A program made the position numbers and the translations under genes. DNA of 64,000 nucleotides from Paraspadella gotoi. Taxonomy: Eukaryota > Animalia > Chaetognatha. The notes under the pieces were generated by a model, which was given only the letters and a program-made list of their open reading frames with translations, had not been told where the DNA came from and did no database searches. The stretch covers positions 22,718,833-22,782,832 of the forward strand of contig CM119263.1 of NCBI GenBank assembly GCA_051294375.1. The letters are read 5' to 3'. Of the stretch, positions 30,640-48,850 are shown piece by piece; the stretch's first letter is position 1; every line of letters starts with the position of its first letter.

Positions 30640-30875
30640 GACCCGGTGGCTCATTGAGTAAAGCCATCAGGTCATGACCACTAGGTACCGGGTTCAATCC
30701 CAACCCGGTACCTACCCTGCGGGAAGCGTGAGGATGGCCGTAAGCCGCCTTGGGGGCATGGTAAACCCTCAAGCCTGGTTCCAAGCCCAGGGACCCGTTC
30801 CATGGCTGCTAGAGGGGGTTATAGAAGTTATGGACAGTCATCTTCAGCCCACGTAGCGCCTTATCCACACATACA
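30640..30875 (+). mobile_element. tRNA-derived SINE-like element (second family)
   Basis: GC-rich island in AT-rich DNA. A-box TGGCTCATTGAG (30647) and B-box GGTTCAATCCC (30691) at tRNA-like spacing, followed by a non-tRNA body. Confidence 0.6.
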
Positions 30876-31169
30876 GCTTTGTCTTTGAATAATTCATAAA
30901 ATTTTAAAGTAAACTGACTAAAATATTTTTATTAGTCCTTATTTTCATATTGTATAAGTTAAATTTTCATTCATAAAATTATATTAATTTAACTATTTTA
31001 TCTTATAATATTTACCCAATTTTATTAACATCTTCATACAGTTAAAACTCGAACAAATTAATTTGGCAAAAATGATTAAAATTTAAATTTCTAACATTTT
31101 TTTAAAAATTATATAATTTTTTAAATAAAAAAATCATACAAGTAATCTTTAAATTTAAATCTTTTCAAA

Positions 31170-31430
31170 GTATATATGCGAAGTGACCGAAAGAGTGGGT
31201 CGCCATGGCCGTAGATAGCCCCCACACTTAGTGTGCCCAATGGCAATGGGTCTGGGAGATTTTTCCGTCAGTTGCTTTGCTTTCCGAAACTTTGGATCCA
31301 GCGATAGGTTTGCTACCGGTGGTTTAACCGGCCCGTTATTCTTTTGCAAGGATTGTTCCGACCAGAACTAGAACCCGGGACCATTGGGTTTGGATAAGAA
31401 GCATCGGCACAGTATGCCAGTGCTCTATTG
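31170..31430 (-). mobile_element. tRNA-derived SINE-like element (third, head related to the 25.8-kb family)
   Basis: Minus strand reads gagcactggcatactgtgccg...aacccaatggtcccGGGTTCTAGttctggtcgg, then a GC-rich body. Confidence 0.45.
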
Positions 31431-31993
31431 AAAAAAAAAAAACAATCGTAGCCAACTATAGTACGTTACTACATATGAAAATTCATAACTTTTTTAATTA
31501 AAAATTATCTGAAGAATGTTAAAAATATTATTTTAGTTGGCAATACCTATAACTTAATAAATTTAAAAATTAAAACTAAAGAAGCACAACAATGACTGAA
31601 AGAAACTTTATTATAGATTAATTATGACAATGTACAATAACACTGGAATGAAATTAAAGTTTAACATGAAAAAAAAAAAACAATGTCGCTGCTGTACCTG
31701 ACTTTCATCAGCACACAGATTAAAGAATCTTATCTTATAATTTTAACCATAAATTATTTTGTCCCACTTATCCCATTTTATTGTTTGACTCGAATAATTT
31801 GATTTTTTTCTGTTTCTTTTAAAATTAATTAAGTTTTGTTATTTTTATAATATTAATAAAAAATTTAAAATCTAATTTAGATTAAATTTGATAGTAAAAT
31901 AACACCGACAAACCGATTAAGTGAATAATGGACTCAAAACGGGATTAAAAATAATGAACATGGCATAAATATAAAGATGCAGTTTCAAGTGCG

Positions 31994-34625
31994 TCACGAG
32001 TGGCCTCCAGTTTGTTCTTGGTATACTTCAATTACATCGTCGTTTTCCATTTCAAGCGCCTGAAAGTACAATAATTCAAATAATTTGTTGTATAATGTAT
32101 ATACTAAGACATACTAAAAGTTTGAATCATGAAGTCTTTTACCAAAGATCATTGATATATAAACAGGTTTGAACAAACTATGTCGGATCTGCCTACGATA
32201 ATTTAGCGGGAATCAGCTAAACTATTGATAATCACGATAAGTCTTTGTGATCTCTACAGATCATAACCGATCATGATCGGCGATTATTTAACAAAACAAA
32301 TCATAACAGTCTTCTTAATAAATCTGTGAAAATATCTATAAATCAATTGATCAATAAGTAAAAGAAACTTTCAAACTTTTAAATCGCTTTCAACCGATTA
32401 GACTGAACTGTTACTGCAGCACAATTAATATTTGTTAATTTAAAAAAATATTGTAACAATAAATATAATATTTTAAATATTTTGTTCATTATTTTTACTT
32501 GCATAATTTTTTTCAACCTTTATACTTTTTCAACTTACATACTTTTTCGTTGTATCAGCAGATCCCAACTCTATAATTCACTTTGTCGGTCTGTCCCCTC
32601 AATCTTATTGGGCAATCAGTTATATCATGTCAGAACATCAAATCATGATAAATTATGCAAAAAAACTGCTGTCTGTCCGTCTGTCCATCCCCCCTTAGCA
32701 AAAAACTCCAATTACTTGTGATTGGTTGGATGGATTGAAAATAAATTTTGTGTATGGGTAGGGAAGTGTGTGATTGAGCAGGATATGAAGTTTCGATGGA
32801 ATCATTTGAGTGGAAATGAGTTTAAATGAAAAAACAAAAAACAGATTTGAATTTCTTATAACAAGTAGAAAGAGGTTTTTTACGATTGACTTGAAATTTT
32901 GTACTTGGGTAGAAAAGTGTGTGATTAAACTGGAAATCAAGTTTCAATGGAATCGTTTGAGTGGAAATGAGTTTAAATAGAAAAAACAAAGAACCTATTT
33001 CACTAATTGATTATGCTTCTTTTTTTTTATTTTAAATGTAAATGCAAGATGTATTAATTAATCAAATAATTAATCAGTTAATTAATCAATTAATCATTTA
33101 ATTAATCAATAATTAATCAGTCAATTAATCAATCAAAACAAACATTTCTGATCAAATTAATTAATTAATTACCGATAATGATCGTGGGCAGATCCGACAT
33201 TGTTTGCTCAAACTTGTTTTAAAAAGAAGAATTTGAAACTACTTTCAAAATTTATAAAAAACGATTTTGAAATTTTGATCTTTTCTATGTAATATAGGCT
33301 TCAGCGACAAATAAAAATAAGTTTGTTTTATTTCAAAATGTTTACAGTACAAGCCTGTTCATAATCCACTATTCAAATTTTGATTCTGTTTTTGCAACGC
33401 TTTAATGTATAAAAATTATTTTAATTAATTTCAATATCAATTTTAGGACTTACTTTAGGCGTTTCATCGTCGTTGATTCGTTTACCATCGAACAAAAATC
33501 TCAGGGAATTTACCGGCACGCCTTGCCTTTCCGAATATGATTTCTTTAGCTTTCCCATTTGGGTTGAAAATTTTACTTTGAAGTGAATCTCACTGTTGTC
33601 CTGGAAAAAAAATAAAAAAATAAAAACAAACAAAAAATTACAATCCAGAAAAATTTAATTTTTATAGAAGTTTTAATGAAAGAGTTTTATTGAAAGAGTT
33701 TTTTACTAAATTATCCAAGAAAATAAAAACTACAAATATTTTAGAATATTTTGATCAATAATCAAAATAAATAAAAATCCGGTTAGTTATATAAAAATTT
33801 TCATGTAGTAGTAGACAAAGTAAACGAATTAAACAATGTATAATATTGCAGAACATAAATTCATTATCCTTTACCCAAAATAATTATAAAAAATAAATAT
33901 ATGTTAAAAAAGTAAAAATTCATCAGAGCAAATGAGTGTGGTTTGGATTAAGATCAATAATTACTTTTTAACAAACTAAAAAAATATTTAACAATAATCC
34001 TTATAATTTTTCTTTATAAAAAATATAATAAAAAATATTAGTTAAAAATATAATAATTATTTCCTAGAACATTAAAATTTAAATGAAGAAATTAACCCGT
34101 ACAGTGAAAATTCTGCCAAATTGTGCCCATACTGAGAAAAATCTGCTAAGAAGGTTCCGAACAGAGAAAAATCTGCTAAGCAGGACCCGAACTGAAAAAT
34201 TCTGCTAAGAAGGTTACCCGCACTGTAAAAAATCTGCTAGGAAGTATACCCGAACTGTAAAAATTCTGCTATAATTTAGCCCGCACAGTGAATTCGCTGC
34301 TAAGAAGGCGACCCGCACAGTAAAAAGCTGCTAAGAAGGGTACCCGCACTGTAAAAGCTCTGCTAAAAATTAAAATATTTATAGAAGGAATGGATACTTT
34401 ATAGTGTTTTTACCAGTTTCATTTTATTAGCATACAAATACATATATTTTAAAACTTACTTGTCCGACAACTTTTAATCTGATGTACTCCGAACTGCTGG
34501 AATCTTTAGTGTTTGTTTCCTGAACAAAAGAGCATCAGTTAATTAAAATTATAAATTATAATATAAATTATAATTATAAACATAAATATAAAAATTTTAG
34601 AACAACTCACTTGGGATTCAGACAT
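31994..34625 (-). CDS. SUMO1: Small ubiquitin-like modifier, SUMO1-type (95 aa)
   Basis: Exons 34611-34625, 34460-34519, 33454-33600, 31994-32059 with canonical GT-AG sites give [95 protein letters not shown], ending in a diglycine plus short pro-tail. Confidence 0.96.
32552..33220 (+). mobile_element. DINE-1/HINE-like element (family B)
   Basis: 5' gcagatccc..ctctataattcactttgtcggtc, GTCY microsatellite (gtctgtccgtctgtcc), internal repeats, 3' subTIR gcagatccgac followed by tgtttgctcaaacttgttt. Other copies at 38224-40820 (-) and 42072-42872 (+); ends at ~21453, ~21660 and ~32160. Confidence 0.65.
34096..34366. repeat. Minisatellite: 9 degenerate ~31-bp units (cccgcactgtaaaaattctgctaagaagg) in SUMO intron 2
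   Basis: Units read directly; conserved core with a short variable tail. Confidence 0.85.
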
Positions 34626-34869
34626 GTTGCAGCGAATATTTGGATGTTTTATCAGATTTCTCTGCGGAAAAAAAAATTATCAAAATGTAAGCGAGAATTA
34701 AAATCAATTCAGTTTTATTTTATCAATTTATTATTTGGTAAATTCAAGAGAAACAAAAATCGTTGAGATAAATTATTTTTAGTTTTGAAACAAAGACGAC
34801 TTTTATTATTTAAAAATCAAATTAACAAAATAGACAAAACTTGAAAATACAGAACTGTTAGAATGAGAA

Positions 34870-34960
34870 CTAAAGTGCGTCGACGTCACGCGGGCCTGTC
34901 CGACCGTCTTTCTGCGCGCAACCAATCAGATGCGTTGTTACGGAATTCCGTCCTATAATA
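34870..34960 (-). promoter_or_regulatory. Probable SUMO promoter (CRE-like and CCAAT elements)
   Basis: GC-rich patch ~250-300 bp upstream of the ATG, with cgacgtca (CRE-like) and accaatcag (CCAAT/NF-Y-like). Confidence 0.45.
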
Positions 34961-36234
34961 TGAATGAAAATAAGTTTTGTCTCACTCACACCTGCCTTCT
35001 AATAATTTTTAATTAGCAAAACCCTGCAAGCTTGAGAAATAGCTAGATTTTATAAAATATAAATAATTGAATAGGTTTCAGTTTAACAGCTAAACCTTAA
35101 CAGGTAAAATTTATAGTTTACATTTATTGCAATGCTTTCAAATTCTAAAGCTCAATTAAAGCCTATGTTATTCGTGGTTGTATGGTTCACTCAAATATTT
35201 AGGCTTTATTTTGGTTTTAAATTTTTGATATTTTTACTTTTGGTAAGTGCCAAAAGATGCTACAAAGACATTTAGATATACCAAGAAGACTAATGTTACA
35301 ACTCAAATTAAAATAATAAAACTAGTAAGCTAACATCCAGAAAGTAAGATGTAGTCATCTAATATGACGGAGTGATTAACAGTACATGTATTTATATATT
35401 GTTTGGCATGAAAAGCCGCTTATTTCCGCATGCTTTTGTCTATTGTCAAATGACTATTGTGTAATTCATCTGAAAACTAGAAAATGAGAAATTAAAAGAC
35501 ACATTGCGAGAAAATATAAGAATTATATATGGACAAAATAAATTCTACAATCTAAACTAGCTCCTGAATTTAAATATTGTCTACTTATATTAATAAATAT
35601 ATGAAAAGACAAAATTATTTTATCATATGTATTTCAAATGTTTGAACATTATTATGCGAAGTAAAAATCACAAATTATTAAAATTTGATTATCTAGACAG
35701 TTTTAGCTCGTATCACCTAATGACAATCCTTAAATTAAGTAATACTTGACTTGAATCTTTTTGGTTCCAGTTATTATTACTAACTTAATTTTTTTGAAAA
35801 TTTCATACTGCCAAAACCCTGTAGCGCCACAATTTAAATTAAAATTTAGAAAAAGTTACTATGCTTGTTCGGCGTTAATTTAATATAAAAATTAAAACGA
35901 TTAAAACAGTTAAATGTTACAGCCACGATTGTAAGAAAAGACTAGTCATTACTTTTTATAATGAAAAATTTGGTCTTTTGTTTTGTTCTTTTGTTTTTAT
36001 TGTCAACGGCGAATCTCTGAGGGTTCAGGTGGCAAACATACAGTAAATTAGCAGGAGATTTACACTTGATATTTTTATAAACAATTTGGAAAGAATTTTA
36101 ATATTAATGCAGTAACTTCCGATAACTTTAAGCCAAATGTAAAGTAAAGGAATATGTACAGATTACAATTTAAAAAGAGAGGAATAGACAAGATTACAGC
36201 AATTGGATTTACCTATACAGCGCAGCATGAATTT

Positions 36235-43804
<7,570 letters not shown>

Positions 43805-44822
43805 TTTTTAACCATTACAACCTGAATTTTAACGCGTTTCGAATTTGGGTTAAACATTTAGGCCACCAACTTAACCCAAGAATGTCCCACCGAGACAACA
43901 CCTGTACTGTTCGACGATCGTTGGAGAGAGACCTAAAGACCAGAGCCGACGATGAAGGGCTCCCCTTGCCAGATCTGGACCGATATTTATCATGGGCTCC
44001 GTAGACGACTCGAATGCGGCATTTTATCTCGATACAAAGACCAGGAGGAAGGTTCGACGGTGGCGCCCTTTGCGGTGCATTCCAGAAAATAAAAACAAAT
44101 GCGCACCCGCCCACTCTCCACTCTCGCTCAAGAAACATCGCCAACAAAGGAACTGGAAGTATCCGCCGCGATGAACTCGGGGACTTTCACGAAGAATTCG
44201 CTCAAAATTAATTTGGTGAAAGAATTATCTAACTTTGTCATTTTCTTCACAGTTCACACTAATCTTGCTGCAAGACATCCAATTGAAATCAAGAAGTTAA
44301 TAATAAATAGTAAGGAAATGCACATCTAATAAATGTAAACATACTATGACTATACGCCAAAATAATAGACCTACTCGTCTCCCGCGAAGTAAATATTTTG
44401 CTTACATTCGAAATATTAAGACCCAGTCCAGGAAGAGTTCTCTTCATTAAAACATTTTCAAAGACAGTAGGTCAAACGTATTTTGAAATGTATTTGGCAA
44501 ACATTTTGAAAATAACTTTCGATGATCATTTATTTTAATATTGAAAAAAATTACATATATCTGAAGTAATGATTTTTAGTTATTACCGCAAACAATACCT
44601 TGTAAACTAGCCACAATAACATACTTAATATATGATGCAGGAATTCTTAATAATAAAAATAATCGAAATTATTTCGAATTAAATCAAAATACGGTTTTTT
44701 TCGGGAAATAAATTGGTCTACTAAATAAACCCAGGAATTCTCTTTGAGATCAATTAATATAGAAGACTAGATTTTTCACGAGAGAAAATAAACCAAGAAC
44801 TAACTACGTTTCTTCCGATGAA

Positions 44823-47800
44823 TCAGAGCGACACCGGCCAATTAATCCCATCGAAAAAAGGATGAGACTTGATATCGGCGAAGCCTCCCTGACCCGAGCC
44901 GAGTCTTTCTCGAGGATGAAACTTGAGAAGATCTCGCAAAATGGAAGCGCCCTCCTCGGAGACGTGATCGGGGAAAATCAGTTGAGTATGGGAAGAAAAT
45001 CCTTGAGGGCAAAACTTGCGAAGCGGCTCGCCGACCAACATTTCGTACAAGATGACGCCCACGCTCCACCAGTCGCACGAAAATTCCACTTTGTCGCTGG
45101 CATCCATCACTTCCGGGGCCACGAAAAGGTCTTCCTTGGCCTCTTCGTCGATGTAGTCGTCCTGGTCGGGCAATCTTGAAAAGTAGGTCAAAAGAATGTG
45201 TCCCTTTTCGTCCAACAAGAGATTGCGAGGATTGAGGTCCTTGAGTTTTATCTGATGCTGATGGAGCTCGTCCACGGCAAGTACGATTTCCGCTCCCCAA
45301 TTTCTAACGCAAGCTTCCGGGATATGAGATTTGAATTCGGACATGGCATCGTCCAGTTCCTTGAAGACCTGCTCGAAATCCGACTTGGAGGCGTTTTCAT
45401 CCGGCGAGGTGATTTCAACTTGCATGGTGTCTCCCGTCATCTGAATTTTGATGCTGTGATTACTCGTCGAATTTACCATCACGGAAGGATCTCCTTCAAA
45501 ATATTCAGGGACCAAAGATTCACTTCTTGGCAACGTCGTTTGGGGCATGGGGTAAGGAAGCGGTCTAATATCTCCTTGGAATCCTTTCACGCACATCTCG
45601 CAGCCACACTGAGCGGCTCTCAATTGAACGTTTCTGTAATGCTCCATTTCGTACTGCGTCCGCTCCATCGACTGAGAACTGCACGAATGACAATTACACG
45701 GGGTTCTGTTCAATACTCCATAACTTCCCGGTCCCTGATAAGTGTGGGACGTACTGGAGGTACAAATGATTTCCGTACTTTCCAGGGAGCTGGGCGAGTA
45801 ATAACCCCGGGGTACCATGCTTTGGTCGAAATCTTGTATGGTCGGCGTGTACGGAATTGGAGCGTCTTGAGGAGAGGAGGCGGGCGGGGATACTTCAGGT
45901 GGATAAAATGCTTGGTTGGCAAAGTCTGAGGGCTTTCTGAGGCAAGATCCCGACGGACACCGAGTGGTATTCTGATCTTCCGCAATCTGACCTTTCCCCG
46001 CGAGGTCCGAGGAGTATGGATCGGAATTGAAGGGATATGGGTCGGACGCGTTGAAGATTTCATCTATGAAGCAATTGGTTCGATGGTTGCTCGCGCCCTC
46101 GGGAGGAAGTCGCCCGAATTCCTCGCCGCTCACGTCGAGGCCGTTTTTAGCTCCACCGGCGGAAACGGCGTCGCTCGCGTCGGCGAATTCAAAGAAGCCC
46201 TCTTCCGTCTCCTTAGAGAGAAAAGAACGTTGGAGCCTCGAATCCCCACCGCCAGCTACGATCAATTCCGACGGCGGCGGCGGTGGCGGTGGGTGAAAGT
46301 GATGTTGAGGAGGGACGGAGTGTAGCTGATACTGCTGCAGCGACACGCCTTCGTCGTCGAACCTTGAATTGGTGTCTGGTTGAGCGGGGCGCTCTCGATA
46401 AATCTCGTCTCGCGAGTCCAGTTCCAAGGAGAGTTTCGATTCCTCCCTATCGAAGTTAACCTCTTCGAAGGAATCGATTTTTCGAATCGGATCCCTCTGC
46501 GCCGCGAAATCGAATGATCCGTTCGCGTGATTTTCGTGAGAATCCATTGATTTCGACTTTTGGAGATCGAAAGCTCCTGCGGCCGAGAGAACGTCCAGCG
46601 ATGACTCGGTGATGGTCTTCGATCCCCCCAGCAGATTCTGGCCGCTGTAGGCGTTGGCTCGCACCTCGTCGCCATCTTTGAGCGAAATCGGCGTCGAAAG
46701 TTTAGAATCGTCCAGCCCCAGCTCCTTCGCAGGGCCGGACGACGGGAAGAACGGCGCCAAAAAGGCATATAGGCGTCCTCCTACAGCGTACTCAAGAAGC
46801 AAACAGTAGGCGTGGCGCAATTCGTAATAGCGAATCATTTGAACCATGAAACCAACATTTCTCGGCAAGCGGCCGAATCCGAGTGACAAAGTCGAGTTGC
46901 TCTTCCTCACCATTTTCAAAACGTAGGTCTCGCCAGGGTTCAACGACTCCAATCGGTTTCGTTCCTCAATCTCCGGACGAACGAGGACTACGTTGGCGTC
47001 GAGAACTCCGACGACTTGAAACTGATTGAGTTCGTCGACGTCTCCCCTCCGATCGTCTTCCAATTCGACTTCTTTAGCTTTTGACTTTTTCGCCTGCGAT
47101 CTGGCGTCGCGGGATTCTTGCGATGCCATGGTCGTTTTGGCCCATCTATCGGGTTCCTGCTCCTCGTCGCAGAGAAACAGCCGGTAGATATCCTCGGCAC
47201 GGGTCAAGTACTGCGCCGTTTTTCGTCGAACGGCGTCGCGGCGGGCGAAGTTTGTGTCGCTCTGAACACCGGAGAGAAGGATGCCGACGGCGGCGCGGTA
47301 ACAATCGAAGGCGGACTGGAATTCTTCGACAGCCTCGAAATCCTGCGCCTTGGTTATTTGGTTAGCCGCCTCGACGATATAGTTTGCGCCCTCGGGGCCG
47401 CCCACTCGGACGTCCCAATTAAAGAGAGCCTCGTCCTTTTTCGGCGCTTCTCTTCGAGGTCGTTGGGGTGCGGGCTTCTTTACCGGGTCCTGGGTAATAT
47501 AAGCGGCGCCGATCTGATCACGCCACGGATGCAGCGATAAGGACGAAAAGGATTCGAGGGTCTTCGTGGTTGGATTTTCGAGGGAATCGAGACCGTCGCT
47601 GGTCAAAGAATCGGCCTCGCTGGTAGCTCCTTGGTCCTCCTGAGAACAAAAATCCTCTGTGGACCCCAGAGGATGCTCCCAAGTTCCCCCAAGAACCTCG
47701 CGGTGAGAAGACGAATACACGTTAGTATCGCCGAGTTGAGGTAGCGAGAGGGAAGAGAATGAAGCGGCTATTTGGTCGTTACCCACCACCCCGGCGGCGA

Positions 47801-48572
47801 GGTCGTCGTGGCTGAAGCTACGAGCTAAGACACCCTCGGAGAGCGAATCGACGACGAACTGAGGGCAAGGAACGGCGATGGAAGCGGGAGCGGTCAATGA
47901 TGAAGGAATCCCGGGAGCGCAAAAATAATCAGTGTCACCGGGCTCGGTGATCACGAATTCCCGGTGAAGAACTTTGGTTCGGAGACGTTCCAAGATGGCG
48001 ACGTCGCCCGATTGGACGGCGGATGGGTCGAAAACGGTCGGCGGCNNNNNNNNNNGTGGCGAGAGAGGGCGAGGTTGGGCGATTGGCAAGACGGCTTCGG
48101 TTATTTGGGCGGAAGCTGCAGAGATTGGCGTAGGTATGAGCGGAGCGTCAGTGATATTTCTCAGTTCGTCTTCTTTGACCACGACTTCGGCGCCTTCGAA
48201 AAATGCGTTCCAAATGTCACTGCTGTAAAGGTGGGTCTGCGTAACAGCGAACTCGAGAAGTTCCAACGCGGCTTGTCTCCGTTCCTCGATGACACCGACG
48301 TCGAATCGGCCAAAGACTTTGACTTTGCACAATTGCTTGAGCGTCTCCGGAAAACGAGCGGGGCGGCAGAGGGCGTAGTGAAGGCGGTGCAGGTCGCGAA
48401 AGAGGCGCTTAAAGTCGTTGAAGCGACGCCAAACGACGACGTGAACGCCGTTTTCCGGATCTTGTTTTGGAAAACGGAGGTAAGTCACCTTATAGACAGT
48501 GAATTTTTTAGGGTGAAGGCGAGGGTCTGTCACGTAAATCTGTCGCACCTCATGGTCTTCATGGCGCGACAT
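44823..48572 (-). CDS. RPS6KC1: RPS6KC1-like protein (PX domain, MIT domain, split pseudokinase), single coding exon, 1249 aa
   Basis: PX: YVTDPRLHPKKFTVYKVT..VVVWRRFNDFKRL..FGRFDVGVIEERRQ. MIT: AFDCYRAAVGILLSGVQSD..RRDAVRRKTAQYLTRAE. Kinase N-lobe, long insert, then IPEACVRNWGAEIVLAVDELH..DLNPRNLLLDEKGHILLTYFS..APEV..CDWWSVG..IKSHPFF. 10-N gap at 48046-48055. Confidence 0.92.
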   Translation of the reverse strand: MSRHEDHEVRQIYVTDPRLHPKKFTVYKVTYLRFPKQDPENGVHVVVWRRFNDFKRLFRDLHRLHYALCRPARFPETLKQLCKVKVFGRFDVGVIEERRQAALELLEFAVTQTHLYSSDIWNAFFEGAEVVVKEDELRNITDAPLIPTPISAASAQITEAVLPIAQPRPLSPXXXXPPTVFDPSAVQSGDVAILERLRTKVLHREFVITEPGDTDYFCAPGIPSSLTAPASIAVPCPQFVVDSLSEGVLARSFSHDDLAAGVVGNDQIAASFSSLSLPQLGDTNVYSSSHREVLGGTWEHPLGSTEDFCSQEDQGATSEADSLTSDGLDSLENPTTKTLESFSSLSLHPWRDQIGAAYITQDPVKKPAPQRPRREAPKKDEALFNWDVRVGGPEGANYIVEAANQITKAQDFEAVEEFQSAFDCYRAAVGILLSGVQSDTNFARRDAVRRKTAQYLTRAEDIYRLFLCDEEQEPDRWAKTTMASQESRDARSQAKKSKAKEVELEDDRRGDVDELNQFQVVGVLDANVVLVRPEIEERNRLESLNPGETYVLKMVRKSNSTLSLGFGRLPRNVGFMVQMIRYYELRHAYCLLLEYAVGGRLYAFLAPFFPSSGPAKELGLDDSKLSTPISLKDGDEVRANAYSGQNLLGGSKTITESSLDVLSAAGAFDLQKSKSMDSHENHANGSFDFAAQRDPIRKIDSFEEVNFDREESKLSLELDSRDEIYRERPAQPDTNSRFDDEGVSLQQYQLHSVPPQHHFHPPPPPPPSELIVAGGGDSRLQRSFLSKETEEGFFEFADASDAVSAGGAKNGLDVSGEEFGRLPPEGASNHRTNCFIDEIFNASDPYPFNSDPYSSDLAGKGQIAEDQNTTRCPSGSCLRKPSDFANQAFYPPEVSPPASSPQDAPIPYTPTIQDFDQSMVPRGYYSPSSLESTEIICTSSTSHTYQGPGSYGVLNRTPCNCHSCSSQSMERTQYEMEHYRNVQLRAAQCGCEMCVKGFQGDIRPLPYPMPQTTLPRSESLVPEYFEGDPSVMVNSTSNHSIKIQMTGDTMQVEITSPDENASKSDFEQVFKELDDAMSEFKSHIPEACVRNWGAEIVLAVDELHQHQIKLKDLNPRNLLLDEKGHILLTYFSRLPDQDDYIDEEAKEDLFVAPEVMDASDKVEFSCDWWSVGVILYEMLVGEPLRKFCPQGFSSHTQLIFPDHVSEEGASILRDLLKFHPRERLGSGQGGFADIKSHPFFDGINWPVSL

Positions 48573-48850
48573 GACGCCGGGGGGAAAATATATTTACATG
48601 TCTGAAAAAAACGGGAGAGAAAGAAAGACGATAAGCTTTAGTTCAGAGTGAGGTCATGTACGCAGAGTCGCAATTATCACGATATCACTTTTTCAAGTAC
48701 GGTATAAAAACATGATTGTAACTCGTAGTTTCTGTCTAAAGGCATCAAATAATCTATCTAGAGGAAGAGTTTTGAGGTCGAAAATATTTCTTTTTCGGGA
48801 CTTGGGGAAGCAGAAATAAGTAAATTCATGATCATATAGTCATTAGTTAT

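Noticed and set aside
30640-30715. Functional tRNA gene (also ~25810-25885)
   Set aside because: A/B boxes are present but I could not fold a convincing cloverleaf, and there is no adjacent poly-T terminator; each head runs into a SINE-like body.
34096-34366. CRISPR array
   Set aside because: The variable part is only 5-9 nt and the repeats are degenerate.
44842-48605. Overlapping or antisense ORFs (e.g. 45198-45929, 47118-47540, 47964-48605; likewise 15423-16013, 51287-51760, 63387-63889)
   Set aside because: Shadow frames of GC-rich coding exons with no recognisable motifs.
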